Notes under the pieces: generated by a model
Seen by the model: the letters and a program-made list of their open reading frames with translations, nothing else
Told to the model about the DNA's origin: nothing
Database searches by the model: none
In this document: piece after piece, positions 28,791-41,468 of the stretch
Position numbering within the stretch: position 1 is the first letter of the stretch
Layout of the letters: every line of letters begins with the position of its first letter
Assembly: GCA_000165425.1 (NCBI GenBank)
Contig: CT868540.1
Coordinates: 496,001-560,000 of the forward strand
Source: Paramecium tetraurelia
Lineage: Eukaryota
Direction: 5' to 3'
Length of the DNA stretch: 64,000 bases
Translations under genes and position numbers: made by a program

Positions 28791-29634
28791 ATGTAAATTC
28801 GTTAAGAGTAAGTATATATAATCATTTAAGACGAGATTTCGATTGCGAATCAATTAAAAATGCCCTTCGAACTATAAATTAAAGACTCAATTATCTGCAG
28901 AAAATAATTCCCCCTGAAATAAATGTAGAAAAGGATCCAAAAATACCAAAATTGAATTTAAAAAAAATAGGAATAATTCAAGAAGAAAATAAGTAAATAC
29001 AGAAATAAATGCCTGCAAATTTTGGAACTAATCATTAGAAATCAACAGAATAATAAACTAAAGTTCCCTTCAAAATGAGAAGCTAATCATTTAATAATAA
29101 TATTGGATAAACATTGCCTGAATAAAATCCAAAGAATTTATTTCCTTCAAATGTCCAAAATCCTTATCCTTTGAATGAGAAAATTCAATTTAATAATGAA
29201 TTTGATATTTAAAAAAGAAGTTAAGAAATACTAAATAAGGCAAACAACAATAAAGAAAATATTTAAATACAGTATCACTACCTTATGTAACCTGCCAAAA
29301 TTTCCTTGCATTAAGAGCATCAACAACCGATCATTTAGAATAATTAATCAAAAGTGAATGTCACTCCAGCGAAAATCATTTCTAAAAAGTCGTAGCCCAA
29401 CCCATAAATTAACCATAATTAATATCAGCATCCCATCATACATCAATAGTTATCATTCCAGTAAGCTAGTTAGCAATATGTGAAGTATTAAATTCTAATT
29501 AGAATTTTAGAGTTATATAAAATTATGAATCATCAAATGGTCCAATTTTATAATGTCGGCCATCTCAGCATCATAATTCTAGATCTTCATCATTTCATAA
29601 CTTAGAAAACTATCAAATTGAAAAAAAAATATGA
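28791..29634 (+). CDS. Q/N/P-rich low-complexity hypothetical protein (3' end approximate)
   Basis: MQIRQE, intron, RDFDCESIKNALRTINQRLNYLQK...IPKLNLKKI; long TGA-free frame. Confidence 0.6.
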
Positions 29635-29659
29635 AATTATTAAATTTAATAAAAAACAA

Positions 29660-30286
29660 TCATTTTAATTCAGAAGTGTTCCAAGGTTAGATGTCATCAA
29701 AATTATCTTCATAATTCTGCATTCCATCGCTTCCTAATGCTTAAAATCCATTTGCTGCCCTGCATGTATTTATTTTAGTGTTGATCTTATTGATTTTTTT
29801 TATTGATAATTATTTCATCTATTCTTAAGAAAGTTTTTGAGGCTAATTAAATTATGTTGAATTATGCTATTTGATTTTTTGAGGCATTTTGAATTCAGTT
29901 TTATTTTGATAGTGGTGTTTCTGTTGATTTTTTAATGTATCCTTTAATTATCTCTATGTGTTAATTTTCTGACCTCGAATATCGTGCATAGTGAAGGATG
30001 GTTTAAATTTTTGCTTAGACTGAATTTCTGTTTTATTTTCTAACAAAGATTTTAGGTAAGTCTAATAGGCTGTAGGTTTTGGAGTTGGAAACTTTTTAAG
30101 TTAATCAAAAAATGTAGTTTAAATAATATTTCTTGGCGAATGGTAAGTGTACTTATTTTGTTTGAGAATTGGAGGAGTTTCAGTTTTTAATCTTTAAGAA
30201 TATTAGGGTTATTCATAATTTTTAATAATTCGCTTGTTGTATTGATAGCAATAATTATTTCTTAATTAAAGGAACTTATCATTCAT
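29660..30286 (-). CDS. Hypothetical protein
   Basis: MNDKFLQLRNNYCYQYNK...DDIQPWNTSELK*; 627-nt span. Confidence 0.6.
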
Positions 30287-30297
30287 TTAAAAAATAA

Positions 30298-30846
30298 ATG
30301 TATACAAAAAACAGTTCAATGAGCAAATCTCAATAGATACTCAATTTATACAGTAGTTTTGTGCATCCATAAACATAACATAAACAAGTATGATAGTTCT
30401 AATAGAGAATAAATCAGACAATGAAGTTCACAAACGATTGGGAGCCATCCTGAAAAAAAATTGTTCGCCATACCAGAAACCATTTTAGCATAAATCGAAT
30501 AGCAAATAAGGGAGTAAACAAAGCGAGATTTTGCGTCATTTAACATCGTCTCCCATTTAGTCTTTGAGATTTAAAAGAATAAGTTCAAAATAATAATTAC
30601 AGTTGGATTCATACGAGGAACCAAAATTGTAATCAAAAGAGAACATGGTGTATAAATATATAACATCCTATTAGTGAATAATAATATAATTCGATGAAAA
30701 GAAGCACCTAAAAGAATTTGTTAACTCTTATTGAGTCTACGAAAAGACTTTTAGATGAATATAAAAATAGATTAGATAAGGCTGAGGGCGAGAAATAATA
30801 GTTGGAATAGGAAGTATAATACTGGAAATCAAAATCTGGTTATTGA
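30298..30846 (+). CDS. Hypothetical protein with C-terminal coiled coil (182 aa)
   Basis: 549-nt ORF MYTKNSSMSKSQQILNLY...LLDEYKNRLDKAEGEKQQLEQEVQYWKSKSGY*. Confidence 0.7.
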
Positions 30847-30874
30847 TTATATATTTGATTATTATTATTAACAG

Positions 30875-32161
30875 ATGGCAGTCAATGATGAAAGATATGT
30901 GTTCATAGTTGAATGGTTTGACACAAGTGCATCTTTAATAAGGAGTTACAACCTCACCTATTTTATGTCAGACAAAACTATCGAAATGGTAACATTTTGA
31001 TTAAAGAAATTAGTTTGATTTGAAAAATAAGAGAATATTCTTAAAAAGGTGTGAATACCCATCAGTATAATTGAAGGATTTGTATGTTGGATCAATAGTG
31101 ACAGTTTTTTCAAGATAATTAAAAATAGTGGATTATGCAGATGTATTTACTAGATCTAAATTCGAAGTATAAAGAGGAAAGTAATTAAATTGTATAAATG
31201 TTAGAACATTTGGAATGATTAAGCCAGATGCATATACACATATTGGTAAGATAATCACTGCGGTTGAGAGGAGCGGTTTCGTAATTGGTAATTTGAAAAT
31301 GACAAGAATGTAAATTGGAGATGCTTAGCAATTCTATGGAGAACATAGAGTAATTAAAAAATCAAATTGAATAGGGAAAACCTTTTTTTGATGAGCTGAC
31401 TTAATTCATCTGCAGTGATTTTATTGTAGGTTTGGAATTGATAGCCGATAATAGTGTCAAAAAATGGAGAGATCTCATTGGGCCAACTAAATGTCAAGTA
31501 GCTAGAGTTGAGGCACCAAATTCAATGAGAGCTTTGTATGGTACAGAAGGAGTTAGAAATGCCTGTCATGGCAGTGATGCTCGTAAGTTACTAATTTTAT
31601 AATTTTATAGCTGGTTCAGCATAAAGGGAATTAGATTTCTTTTTCTCTGACAAATCTAACTTAAAGTCGACTGCTGTATTTAATAATTGTACTTGTGCCA
31701 TAATCAAACCACATATTGTGTTAGAAGGAAGAGCTGGATAGATTATTGACATTATTTTAAGTGAAGGCTTTGAAATATCAGCAATGCAAATGTTCTATTT
31801 AGATAGAGCTACTAGTGAAGAGTTCTTTGAAGTCTATAAGGTATAAATAAGTTATTTATGTTTAATTAAGGGTGTCCTACCAGAATTCTAAGCTATGTCA
31901 GAACATTTAACATCAGGACCTTGTATTGCAATGGAAATCAGATAAGAAAATGCAGTAATAATTAACTGTAATTATTAGGTTAAAGCCTTTAGGGATATAT
32001 GTGGACCACATGATCCAGAAATAGCTAAAACTTTGCGACCATAAACAATTAGAGCCAAATTTGGAACTGATAGAGTTAAGAATGCTATACATTGTACTGA
32101 TCTTCCTGAAGATGGCATACTAGAAGTGGAATATTTCTTTAACATTTTACAATAAAAATGA
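30875..32161 (+). CDS. NME7: Nucleoside diphosphate kinase 7 (DM10 plus two NDK domains)
   Basis: RYVFIVEWFD..ASLIRSY.L (DM10), TFGMIKPDAY, RNACHGSD, CTCAIIKPH, CGPHDPEIA, NAIHCTDLPEDGILEVEYFF; six tiny introns. Confidence 0.95.
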
Positions 32162-32676
32162 TATAATTGATGGACAATTTATTAATAAATCATTTATAAT
32201 TGATTATTAAAAGAATTTTTTCTACGTCTCTACTAGATTAACATAAAATTAACCAAGATGATCATTAAGTAATTAATTAATCTATATTTGAATATTTAAG
32301 GGTTATTTTAATTAATCGTGTAATGGATTCTGATTTTCCAATTATTTCTACATACTTCCCAATCAATAATATTTGCTTGAATTTAATGCAATTATTTAAT
32401 TAAAAAGATATTCCTTTTTTAGGTTGATTGCCATTGTTGAAGAACTATCTTATACTTAATCTTCACTTTGCCATTGAATTAAAAACAAAACCCTTTTCAA
32501 GAAGGCAACTTAAACTTTCATAAATAAACAATTTAATTCAAAAATATTTCTACTCCCCTTCGAAAATATAGGGATTCGTTTGTTCTTTCTAACGTATATC
32601 TGTTACCTTTTGAAGGATTATTTGCTAGAGATTATAACGAAGTACCACTTTTTCATTAATTAAGATATTAAATAAA

Positions 32677-33852
32677 ATGTATTATCCTTAGCCCTATTAT
32701 CCTTAAGCATATCCATAATATAGGTATTAACCCTATGGTGTACGTCCATAAGTACCATAGTAATGGAGACCACCTGTTTATAATGCTCCCCAATATCCAT
32801 ACCCTGGATTAAGAATACCCCCGCCAACATATCCATACAATCCTTACAATCCATACACTTCATCAATCGTACCACCCACATACCAACCACAACCAATGTT
32901 AAGCTAAATCATGGCTTCGCCTTAACGATAATTCTAATCCCCAGATCGTTTGAAAGGAGCCTAGTCACCCAATAGGAACATGTTGATGTAATCTCAACAA
33001 GTCCCAAAATCGCCAGCTCCTTAGTTGCAATCCCCGAATAGATAATATCTGACATATGAATAAGTGCAAGAACGCATACGCAAGTAGTAACCTTAATCGC
33101 CCCAATATCATAAATAATGTTTATTGTATATCAACTACATTAGATACACCATAACCCAAGCCTAGTTAATAAAAACAACAACCAGAGGCATCTAAATAAA
33201 AATAATAGCCGACCTAACCACCCAAGAAGGAAGACGATTTGGATAAGAGATACTAAAATGCTCTCAAAAGCACAGAAGAAATCATCAAAAAGTACAACAT
33301 CGATGATTCTGGCAGCAAAGGTCGTTAAACTAATCAAGAAAATCAAGAAGCAGAAGCAGAGGATGGCGAAATTTAAGGTACACACATACTTATATATTTT
33401 TAGAGTTGGCATTGTAATATGAGGACGGATTCATTTATAGAGGATAAGGTTATCCTCCATAGACTAGAAGTGGATTTGGTATCTTAACAGATTCAGATGG
33501 ACAATAAATATATGCTGGATATTGGAAGGACAACTTATATGATGGATAAGGAAGATTGACAAATCTTCAAACTGAAGAATTGACAGAACCAATTGATTGG
33601 AATAATATGACAACTATTGGCAATGGATGGGCATCTTATGAAGGTACATACACTAATAATTCTATAGGAAACTTTTACCAAGGGAAAATGCATGGATAAG
33701 GAACACTAATCTTAACAAATAATGAATAATATTTTGGAGAATTTGAAGATGGGATGGTACATGGTGATGGAGAATTCACAAATCTTGATGGATAAGTCAT
33801 TAAAGGTAAATGGGATTAGGGATATTTAATTTAATTATCAGAATAAGAATGA
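32677..33852 (+). CDS. MORN-repeat protein with P/Y/Q-rich N-terminus
   Basis: MYYPQPYYPQAYP...; MORN repeats FIYRGQG, YAGYWKDNLYDGQG, YEGNFYQGKMHGQG, YFGEFEDGMVHGDG. Confidence 0.85.
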
Positions 33853-34791
33853 AATCATAAAAATATATTTTACAAATATTTAATTCATTTTATCAGAACT
33901 ATATTTTTATGAAGATCTGAATTAGTATAACTATTATAACAATTTTGAACACTCATTGCATCATGTATTTAACATAAATTATTATATTTATTAAAGATTG
34001 AAATTGAATTCAAACTGATTAATTAGTTGTAGCAAGAAAGAAAGAAAACAATTAAGATTGTTTATCAAAAGAAAACCAAGCCATATAATTAATATTAATA
34101 AAGTTTTAGATAAAAGCAACTTATTATTTTCTGGTTTGGCTTTATGAGATCAAGTTTTGAGTGTTAATAAAAATAATCAATAGAATAGAATAAAAGATTG
34201 AATAAAAAAATATATGTTATAAATTTCAATAAAAGTCTGATTACCTTTAATAACTTTTATATTTAAAACTATTCTTTAAGTTATTCGATAAATAAGTTAA
34301 GTATAAACAAATTTTGAATGAGGATGTGCTATTTGAATAAAAATGAGTGAATAGAACATTATTAATTCTTAAAAAACTGATTTCAAATCTAAATAATATA
34401 AATTAAAGAGCCATTCAAGAGACTTAAAAAGTTAGTTGAGAAGAATTTGCAGAGAAATAACCCTCAGTATTCTTTAAACCAGAGATCAAAATGATTCGAT
34501 GTGAATGTTGAAAATATAATACAGATATCAATTTTACCAATTAATTTCATTTGGTCTATTTTTGAAAGGGTCTGGACTGAGAGTAATAGCATAAACATCT
34601 TTTACGTTATTCAAATATATTTGACCTTAAATTAGTTGTAAATATATTAGATTGGCTATTATGCAACATACTTCAGAAATAGTAGGGTTGTTATTCTGAG
34701 GATGTGATATTCGAAATGCCTGATATACTATATAGTAACAAAAGTACCTTTTAAAATTGATTCAATAATATTTTATTGCTCTTTTAATTGA

Positions 34792-35827
34792 TCAACCAAA
34801 CTTTTCTGCATAAATTCCTATAGCAGAGCACTTTCAATTGATCCATCAAAATTAATAGACTTCTCTTAATCCAAATTTATCTGTATTTATCTATAGCCTC
34901 TTATAAGCCTGCAATATTTCCTTATCTTACACTTGTGCATAATAAATCATATTCTTTAAATTATTCAATCAATTTCTTTTTTTGGATATCTTCCCAAAAA
35001 CATATTAATAGGAATTAAATATTTTAAGACTTGTCGAGCACATGATATGCCTTTTTATGTTCTTGGACATTCTTATAAAACTTGGGTTAAATGTTGTGAT
35101 GCATCTACAAATTTAGAATGAAAGATAAGGATCCTACCCTTATAATAATGATAAGTAACTTAATCTTATTTAGGTGAAGTAAAGAGAAGATTTTATTCTT
35201 TCTCTACTTTATCACAGTCAGCAGCCCTATCAAATTTGAAACCTTTAAAATAAATCTTCATTTATTAATTTGCATTCAATAATTTAAGCTTTTACATATT
35301 TTAAAGATTGATTTCTCTTCCCATTTCTTAAAATATTTGTAAGCTTTTGCTCTCAAGAGTCTCTTAAGCATGAGAAGCCCTTTTTACTGCTTCAGAATCT
35401 TTTGCTTTTTTTTTCATTATCTATACTATTTTGTATTAATTCGGTAACGACTTGCTTACACAAAAATTGAAATATTTAATGACGTTACTCATCTAGAAGC
35501 CAATTTAGTATTTTTAAAAAGATTTTCAAAATGGTCAATAACATTAGCACTTCCTCTTTCTCTTTCCACATAATATTAAAGCAAACTGCATAATAATTCC
35601 ACCCATCCTGGATGACTTTAACGAGCATTATCATTTAATCTCTTGCATGTTTCCGAATCATTTTCTAATCTCAATTGTTTCAACGTTTATTCTAAATCTA
35701 ATCCTAATAGACTTTATTCTTTTCCAGAAAATATACGTTTCAAACAACTCATTGCCTCTAAGCATTTCCCCTCACGAAAATACCTTAATATTATGAGAAG
35801 AGTATTTTCTGATTTTTTGGCAATCAT
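34792..35827 (-). CDS. TPR-repeat-like protein
   Basis: MIAKKSENTLLIILRYFREGKCLEAMSCLKR..., YLSLYKGRIL...KFVDASQHL, YCRLIRGY...KSINFDG; intron structure not fully resolved. Confidence 0.55.
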
Positions 35828-35843
35828 ATATTTTATTTAATTA

Positions 35844-37328
35844 ATGGCTGACAAAATTAGGTACACTTTAGAAAAGTTTATTCCTGATCTCCTGGCTCTC
35901 TAAAAAAAACAGGTATTCTCTAAGGATGAAGTCAAAGATATTCTCCACAAAAGGGAAGAATTTGAATACATGTTATAGCGTAGAACACACAATCTAAGCA
36001 ATTACATGTAATTACTTGACTATGAATATGGGTTGGAAAGACTCAGAAGATAACGAAATAAGGAACGTTAAGTAAAGAAGGTTACTACTAGGGATTACGC
36101 CATTGTGAAAAGAATAATTTATATTTGGGATAGGATCATGAATAAATATCGCTACAACATCGATTTGTGGAAACAATATTTGAGTTTTTGTTATATCATT
36201 GAATCCAAAAAACATTTCTTTAAGGTTATTACAAAAGCTTTGAATTTTAATCCATTTAATACAGATCTTTGGTTGGCAGGAGCTCTCTTTGAATTAGAAA
36301 AAGCTCACAATCCAATTAAAGCAAGGAAAATATTTTATCAGGCTTTGAGAATTAACAATAAGAATGTTGATCTTTGGGGAAGCTATTTAGATTTCGAATT
36401 AAATCAATTGCAAATTGGACAAGAGTAGAAAGATGAAAGCACAAACGTTGATGGATTTCTACCTTTAAATACAGTAGAACCTATTACTCAAATTAAATCG
36501 AAAAAGCTTGATGGAATTAAATAGATAATTTAATTGGCTTTTGAAAATTGTGATAATTCTGAGATAAGAAAATTATTTAAATAAATTTTACTTAGACACA
36601 ATCAAAATGAATTAGCTGAAGAAGTTTAATAAACCACAATTTAATTAGATGATTCAGAAAAAATAATTTAATTTCTATAGGAAAATAAAGATGATCCTCA
36701 AGTATTTGAAAAATTGAATGATTCAAATGTAGAATACAAAAATGAATTATTATCATTATTTAGAGATAAAGCTAATTGTTTAGATAGTTTTTGGTTATTA
36801 GCTTTTTCATAACCTGATTTAAGATAAAATCTATTAGATGAAATCAAAAACAAATCTATTAAATTCAAGATATAACTTGTTGAAAAAGGATACCTAAAAA
36901 TTGAATAAATAAATTTATAGGAAATTTAAAAATAAAAAAATAAAAAAGAATTACTAGACATATTACTATCATTAGTTCATTTATACAAAAAAGAGTTCTC
37001 TTTTGATCTTGCAAAATAAAATCTTTTAGGATAAACTGATTTGTTCTCTACTTTTCTTGATGAATATTATCCTCTATTAAATAATGAAGAATAATAATAA
37101 CTTCTGAATTGGTTAGAAAAGTAAAAATAATTTTGCCCACTTAAATACCATAAATTAAGAAATTTAGATTTTGTTTAATTAATAAAATTAACAGAATATC
37201 ATCCAATTGTAGATACATGGAAATTTGTCTTAGAAGAAACAAAATAACGATTTCCTGAAAAGATTACTCAAATTATGACTAGTATATAGCTTTTAGACCC
37301 TAAAATAAGAATTTAATTGTTAAAATGA
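35844..37328 (+). CDS. UTP6: U3 snoRNA-associated protein 6 (HAT repeats)
   Basis: MADKIRYTLEKFIPDL...VFSKDEVKDILHKREEFEY.L.RR...LDYEYGLERLR; HAT repeats IDLWKQY, DLWLAGALFELE, ARKIFYQALRIN; 1485 nt intronless. Confidence 0.9.
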
Positions 37329-37406
37329 TTGTGTTAATAAGTTTGTATGTATAAAAATTCAGATATATGATATTTAAATAAATATTTTGAGATCAAAGTG
37401 ATTATC

Positions 37407-38058
37407 ATCATTTTATTGATTTAATCTTACCAGCTAAATATTGAGGAATTGTTATTCCACATCTTGGAGTTCTTAGACTGTCTCTTAATTGATTACTAAA
37501 ATAGAGCTCCGCCCTCGTACTTCTGGGTGTCCTTAATTTTTTTGGTTAATCCAAAATATTATGATTCAATTATAAATTAACCTCTTTAAAAACCTCTGAA
37601 TTAATGCTATGGCATCTTTATTTTTCTCTTCTTGAAACCAATAAAGATCTCAATTATTGTTATCTTTCGTCATTTCTTGTAGGAGTCTACAATCTAGGAC
37701 ATACTCTTGATCTATTACTTTCCTAACAATTAATTTAAGGGATCTGAATTTTTTCTTAATACACTATTTTTTTGGACTAATTGATTGACTATTTCTTACA
37801 AGCATTTGTGCCATTATGATTGGATTATTCTTTATTTTTCTTGGCTTTATAGTGCAAGGCATCGCTTTATAAAATCTATCAGCGTGAGTATTATGATATA
37901 TCTAAAGTTCATTTTAGTTCTCTAGATATTCTTAAAATTGTCTAAAAAGGACAGTATCTTCTTATTCGCTTTTTTATTAGTCCATAAATTATTAACAGTA
38001 ATAATTAGTTTTCATTTGTTAATTATGTTCTTCTGATAGGTATGACAGATATATTCAT
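37407..38058 (-). CDS. Hypothetical protein (exon structure uncertain)
   Basis: Coding-like segments RTPRSTRAELYFSNQLRDSLRTPRCG and HADRFYKAMPCT; joining them requires introns or a frameshift that I could not resolve. Confidence 0.35.
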
Positions 38059-38104
38059 ATTCACTAGAGTTATATTTACTAAATTAAAATAATATTATAT
38101 AAAA

Positions 38105-38740
38105 ATGGGGTGTCTAATTTGCGCACCCAATAAATTTTCTAGGAAGAAAAAAATCAAAAAAAATTGATCATCAAGAACTACCAGTAGGTTTTTATTAAAT
38201 TATTACGCTATAAAGAATCTTCGTGGGGTTTCTCATGGTCCATTTACAATAACCGGTTTGAATCTCAAAATTATTAATTTAAAAAATTTGTAAATAACCT
38301 AACCTAAGCAGCAAAATATGTTAAGGTATGTATAAAAAATACTGAAAATGAATATTAAGATTATGATAATAATACAGAATAATGTATAAAACTTCATAAA
38401 ATTGTTATTCTATTTAGAATACAGAATTATTTGAAATAATTTTTATCGATAAACATCTTCAAAATTTCATTTGGATTTCCCCACATTTAAAGTGTCTAAA
38501 AATCATACTATAATTGTAAAAAATAGTAAGATTAACATGAGGAAACAAATAGATGTTATATAATGTTAAAAAATAAGTTAATTTTTTAGTGGACACTTAT
38601 TTTCTACTTTTCACAGAATATCTAGGCTCAAAAAATTCTCTTCTTGATGTTACAAATAGACCTCCAGCCTATTTGCATAAAAAACTCAAAAAATTTATGG
38701 AACGGAACCAACACAAAACATATAGATTTGTTTAAAAAGT
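38105..38740 (+). pseudogene. Probable decayed gene of an N-acylated (MGC...) protein
   Basis: ATG GGG TGT CTA ATT TGC start, early TGA, and coding-like fragments in shifted frames (HLDFPTFKVSKNHTIIV, LLDVTNRPPAYLHKK). Confidence 0.3.
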
Positions 38741-38910
38741 ATATATGTTTTATTAATTAAGCATGCACATATGAAATTAATTGTAAAAAGAATATATATT
38801 TGTTAGTATGAATACATATGCAACCATATAGATTTTATAAATATTTTAATAAATATTTAAATGAGAAGCTGACTGAGTTTGCAATTCAACTATCTTAAAT
38901 TTGTTAGATA

Positions 38911-39406
38911 TCACTCATTTTTTTTAGGATTATACCCATGTTTAAATGGTTTCTTTTATACTTAAATTTTTTAAAATCATTTATTGAAATAATCTTTATT
39001 GTTGATATTTTCGATATTACTTCAAACAATAAGCTCTTCTTTGCTCTTAAAGTTCTTCGGTTGTAAAGGATTCAGAAGGCTTTGCATTAAAGATTTTCAG
39101 TTGTATTTGAATTGGTTAAATTTAGAACCCCATACTTTTGCCAATTTCTGTCTTCTAAATAGCTTGCTTGGATTATAGAGTAGGAAATCTTATTTGCTTT
39201 TTGATATTCATTGAGGATTCTTGAGTATCAAATCTGCTTGTGCCTTTCCTCCTCGACATAATTCTTGAAAAGTAGGTTCTTGTTATTTAATCATTATCAA
39301 AACTATTATTGCTAACAAAGTTGAAAGATAAATCTATTTCTTTTGTTTCAGGTCTTTTGTGAAAACAATTATACTGTATTCCTATAACATTCGAACTATT
39401 AGACAT
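38911..39406 (-). CDS. Hypothetical protein
   Basis: MSNSSNVIGIQYNCFHKRPE...EELQEQRRAYCLKQYRKY...; TGA-free for about 165 codons. Confidence 0.6.
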
Positions 39407-39918
39407 AAATTTATATACAATATATTATATTTAAAAATAAGAAATTATTTTTTGTTTGTAAATTTAATTACATCATAAATCAAAGATTTAGATTATCAAG
39501 CATAAATAAGAATGAGAATATCAATTATTTTAGCTTTGCATAAAGAGAAAATCTATTTTATATGTTTCTCAACTAGAAGCATTTTAAAGAATTCTAAAGA
39601 TTATTGTATTTATATAATAATAACTAATCGGAATATTAATAATTTTAGACTGAAAATTCGCCTAATACAAAATACTATGTTTTATTCCTTCATTAACGAT
39701 ATTATAAATACCCAAACAATTTATCAGTTAATGTAAACATGGATTCATTGATTTATTTTTATTTTTCTCCAGACATCCAAATTTCTAAAGACCATTAAGT
39801 TTGTATTCAAGAAATCGATTTTTAATGAATTTTAGTCAATGTATTGGTATCAAATATTATTAATGACTTAAGGATTTTGAATTCAAGAATAGTTTTTAAT
39901 AATTTTTATTATTTATTA

Positions 39919-40476
39919 ATGAGATAATTTAGCGGGTCACGGAATAGAAGAGGAGGGAATAGAAGAGGCAGAGATTTTAGAGGAGGAAACCAAAATTTCA
40001 GAAACTCTAGAGGGAACGATTCTAGACCTAATAATTAATAACGAAATTTCAAAAATAAAAAATTTAGAGGATAGTCAAATTAAAATCAAAATCAAAATCA
40101 AGGTTTTGATAGATAAAGAAATCAAAATTAATAAAGAAGAAATTAAACTTAAAGAGGAGGTGGAAATAATTAAGGATTTTAATAATAAGGTGCTTAGCGA
40201 AGAAGAAGACTGGGCTTTAAATAAAAAAATTAAAATGTAATTAATTAGATTTAAAGAAGGGTGAAAAGAGAGATAATTAAAGATTCATTAAGACAGGAAG
40301 AAGAAAGAATTAACTAAATTCTGAAGTTCTTAAAATTGCAAAAGATATCTAGAGTAAAATTTCAATATTATCTAGGAAAAAATAAAATGGAAGCACAGTT
40401 AGACAAGTATTGGAAGAAAGCAGAACAAAATAATAACGAAGAAAAACCTGCTCAAGAAATAAACATTGATAAATGA
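39919..40476 (+). CDS. RG/RGG-rich protein with C-terminal UAP56-binding-like motif (Chtop/ALYREF-like)
   Basis: RNRRGGNRRGRDFRGGN...; introns of 20 and 22 nt; KMEAQLDKYWKK resembles the LD..LD.YM motif. Confidence 0.65.
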
Positions 40477-41468
40477 TAAAATTTAAAATAGCATATAAAA
40501 AACATCATTTTTCTATTCATTCTTTATTTATTCTTAAATATTTCTATATTATTTTTCAAAATTTTACAATTGTATAAATAGAAAAAGAGTTTAAATTTAT
40601 CTGCCCTTTATTTCTATATTATTAACATATAGATCAGATGATCTAAATTATCATCTAATAATAATCTAAAATAAATTCAAAAAATAAAATAGAAAAATCA
40701 GTAAAAGAATGTTTTATACCCATACCAGTTATTCAATTAAGATCTTTATAATTTTGTTTTCGATTTGAGTATATCAATCTCTAAGCCAAAGGAATTTATA
40801 AAATTTGAATGGTTTATAAAAGATACAATGTAAAGTTCTATACTTTATATCGAAAACAAATAATTTTAGAAATAAAATATCTAATTTAAATAGTAAGCAC
40901 CTTATAGATTTGTAATTATAAATTGAATAAAAAATATAAATCAGTAGTAAATTTTTTTGAGTTTGTTTATTGGTAAAACAATTGCATCCTAAAAAACCAA
41001 CGAAATTTATCAAGAAACAAAAATCACAATATATAAACATTTTAAGAAAACAGGAATTTTTTTAAATTAAAATTTCTTTCATAATTAACTTAATTTGTTT
41101 GAAAAATGAATAGTGTAAATTAGTAGATAAGGAAAGTAAAGAGATGATGATTCAAAGTAAATTGGGAATATATTTTCCCAAGATTTTAAAAATATATTGA
41201 ATAAAGTTCATGATTTTTAAAGTCGTTAGAAAGTTTTTGAGTGTTGAATTGATGCAAATTTTTAGAGTAATAAATTAATATTTGGATAGCAATTTTCTAG
41301 CAATGATATTTATTAATTATGTTTACTTAACTAATATTATAAAGTGTAAAGTATGACGTTATTGATAAATAAAAAAGTTGAATTGAAATGTTCAATCAAT
41401 TAGAGGATATTAATAGGTGAGAATTTAGAATGTGACTATATAAATATAATTAATAAATAAATTATTTA

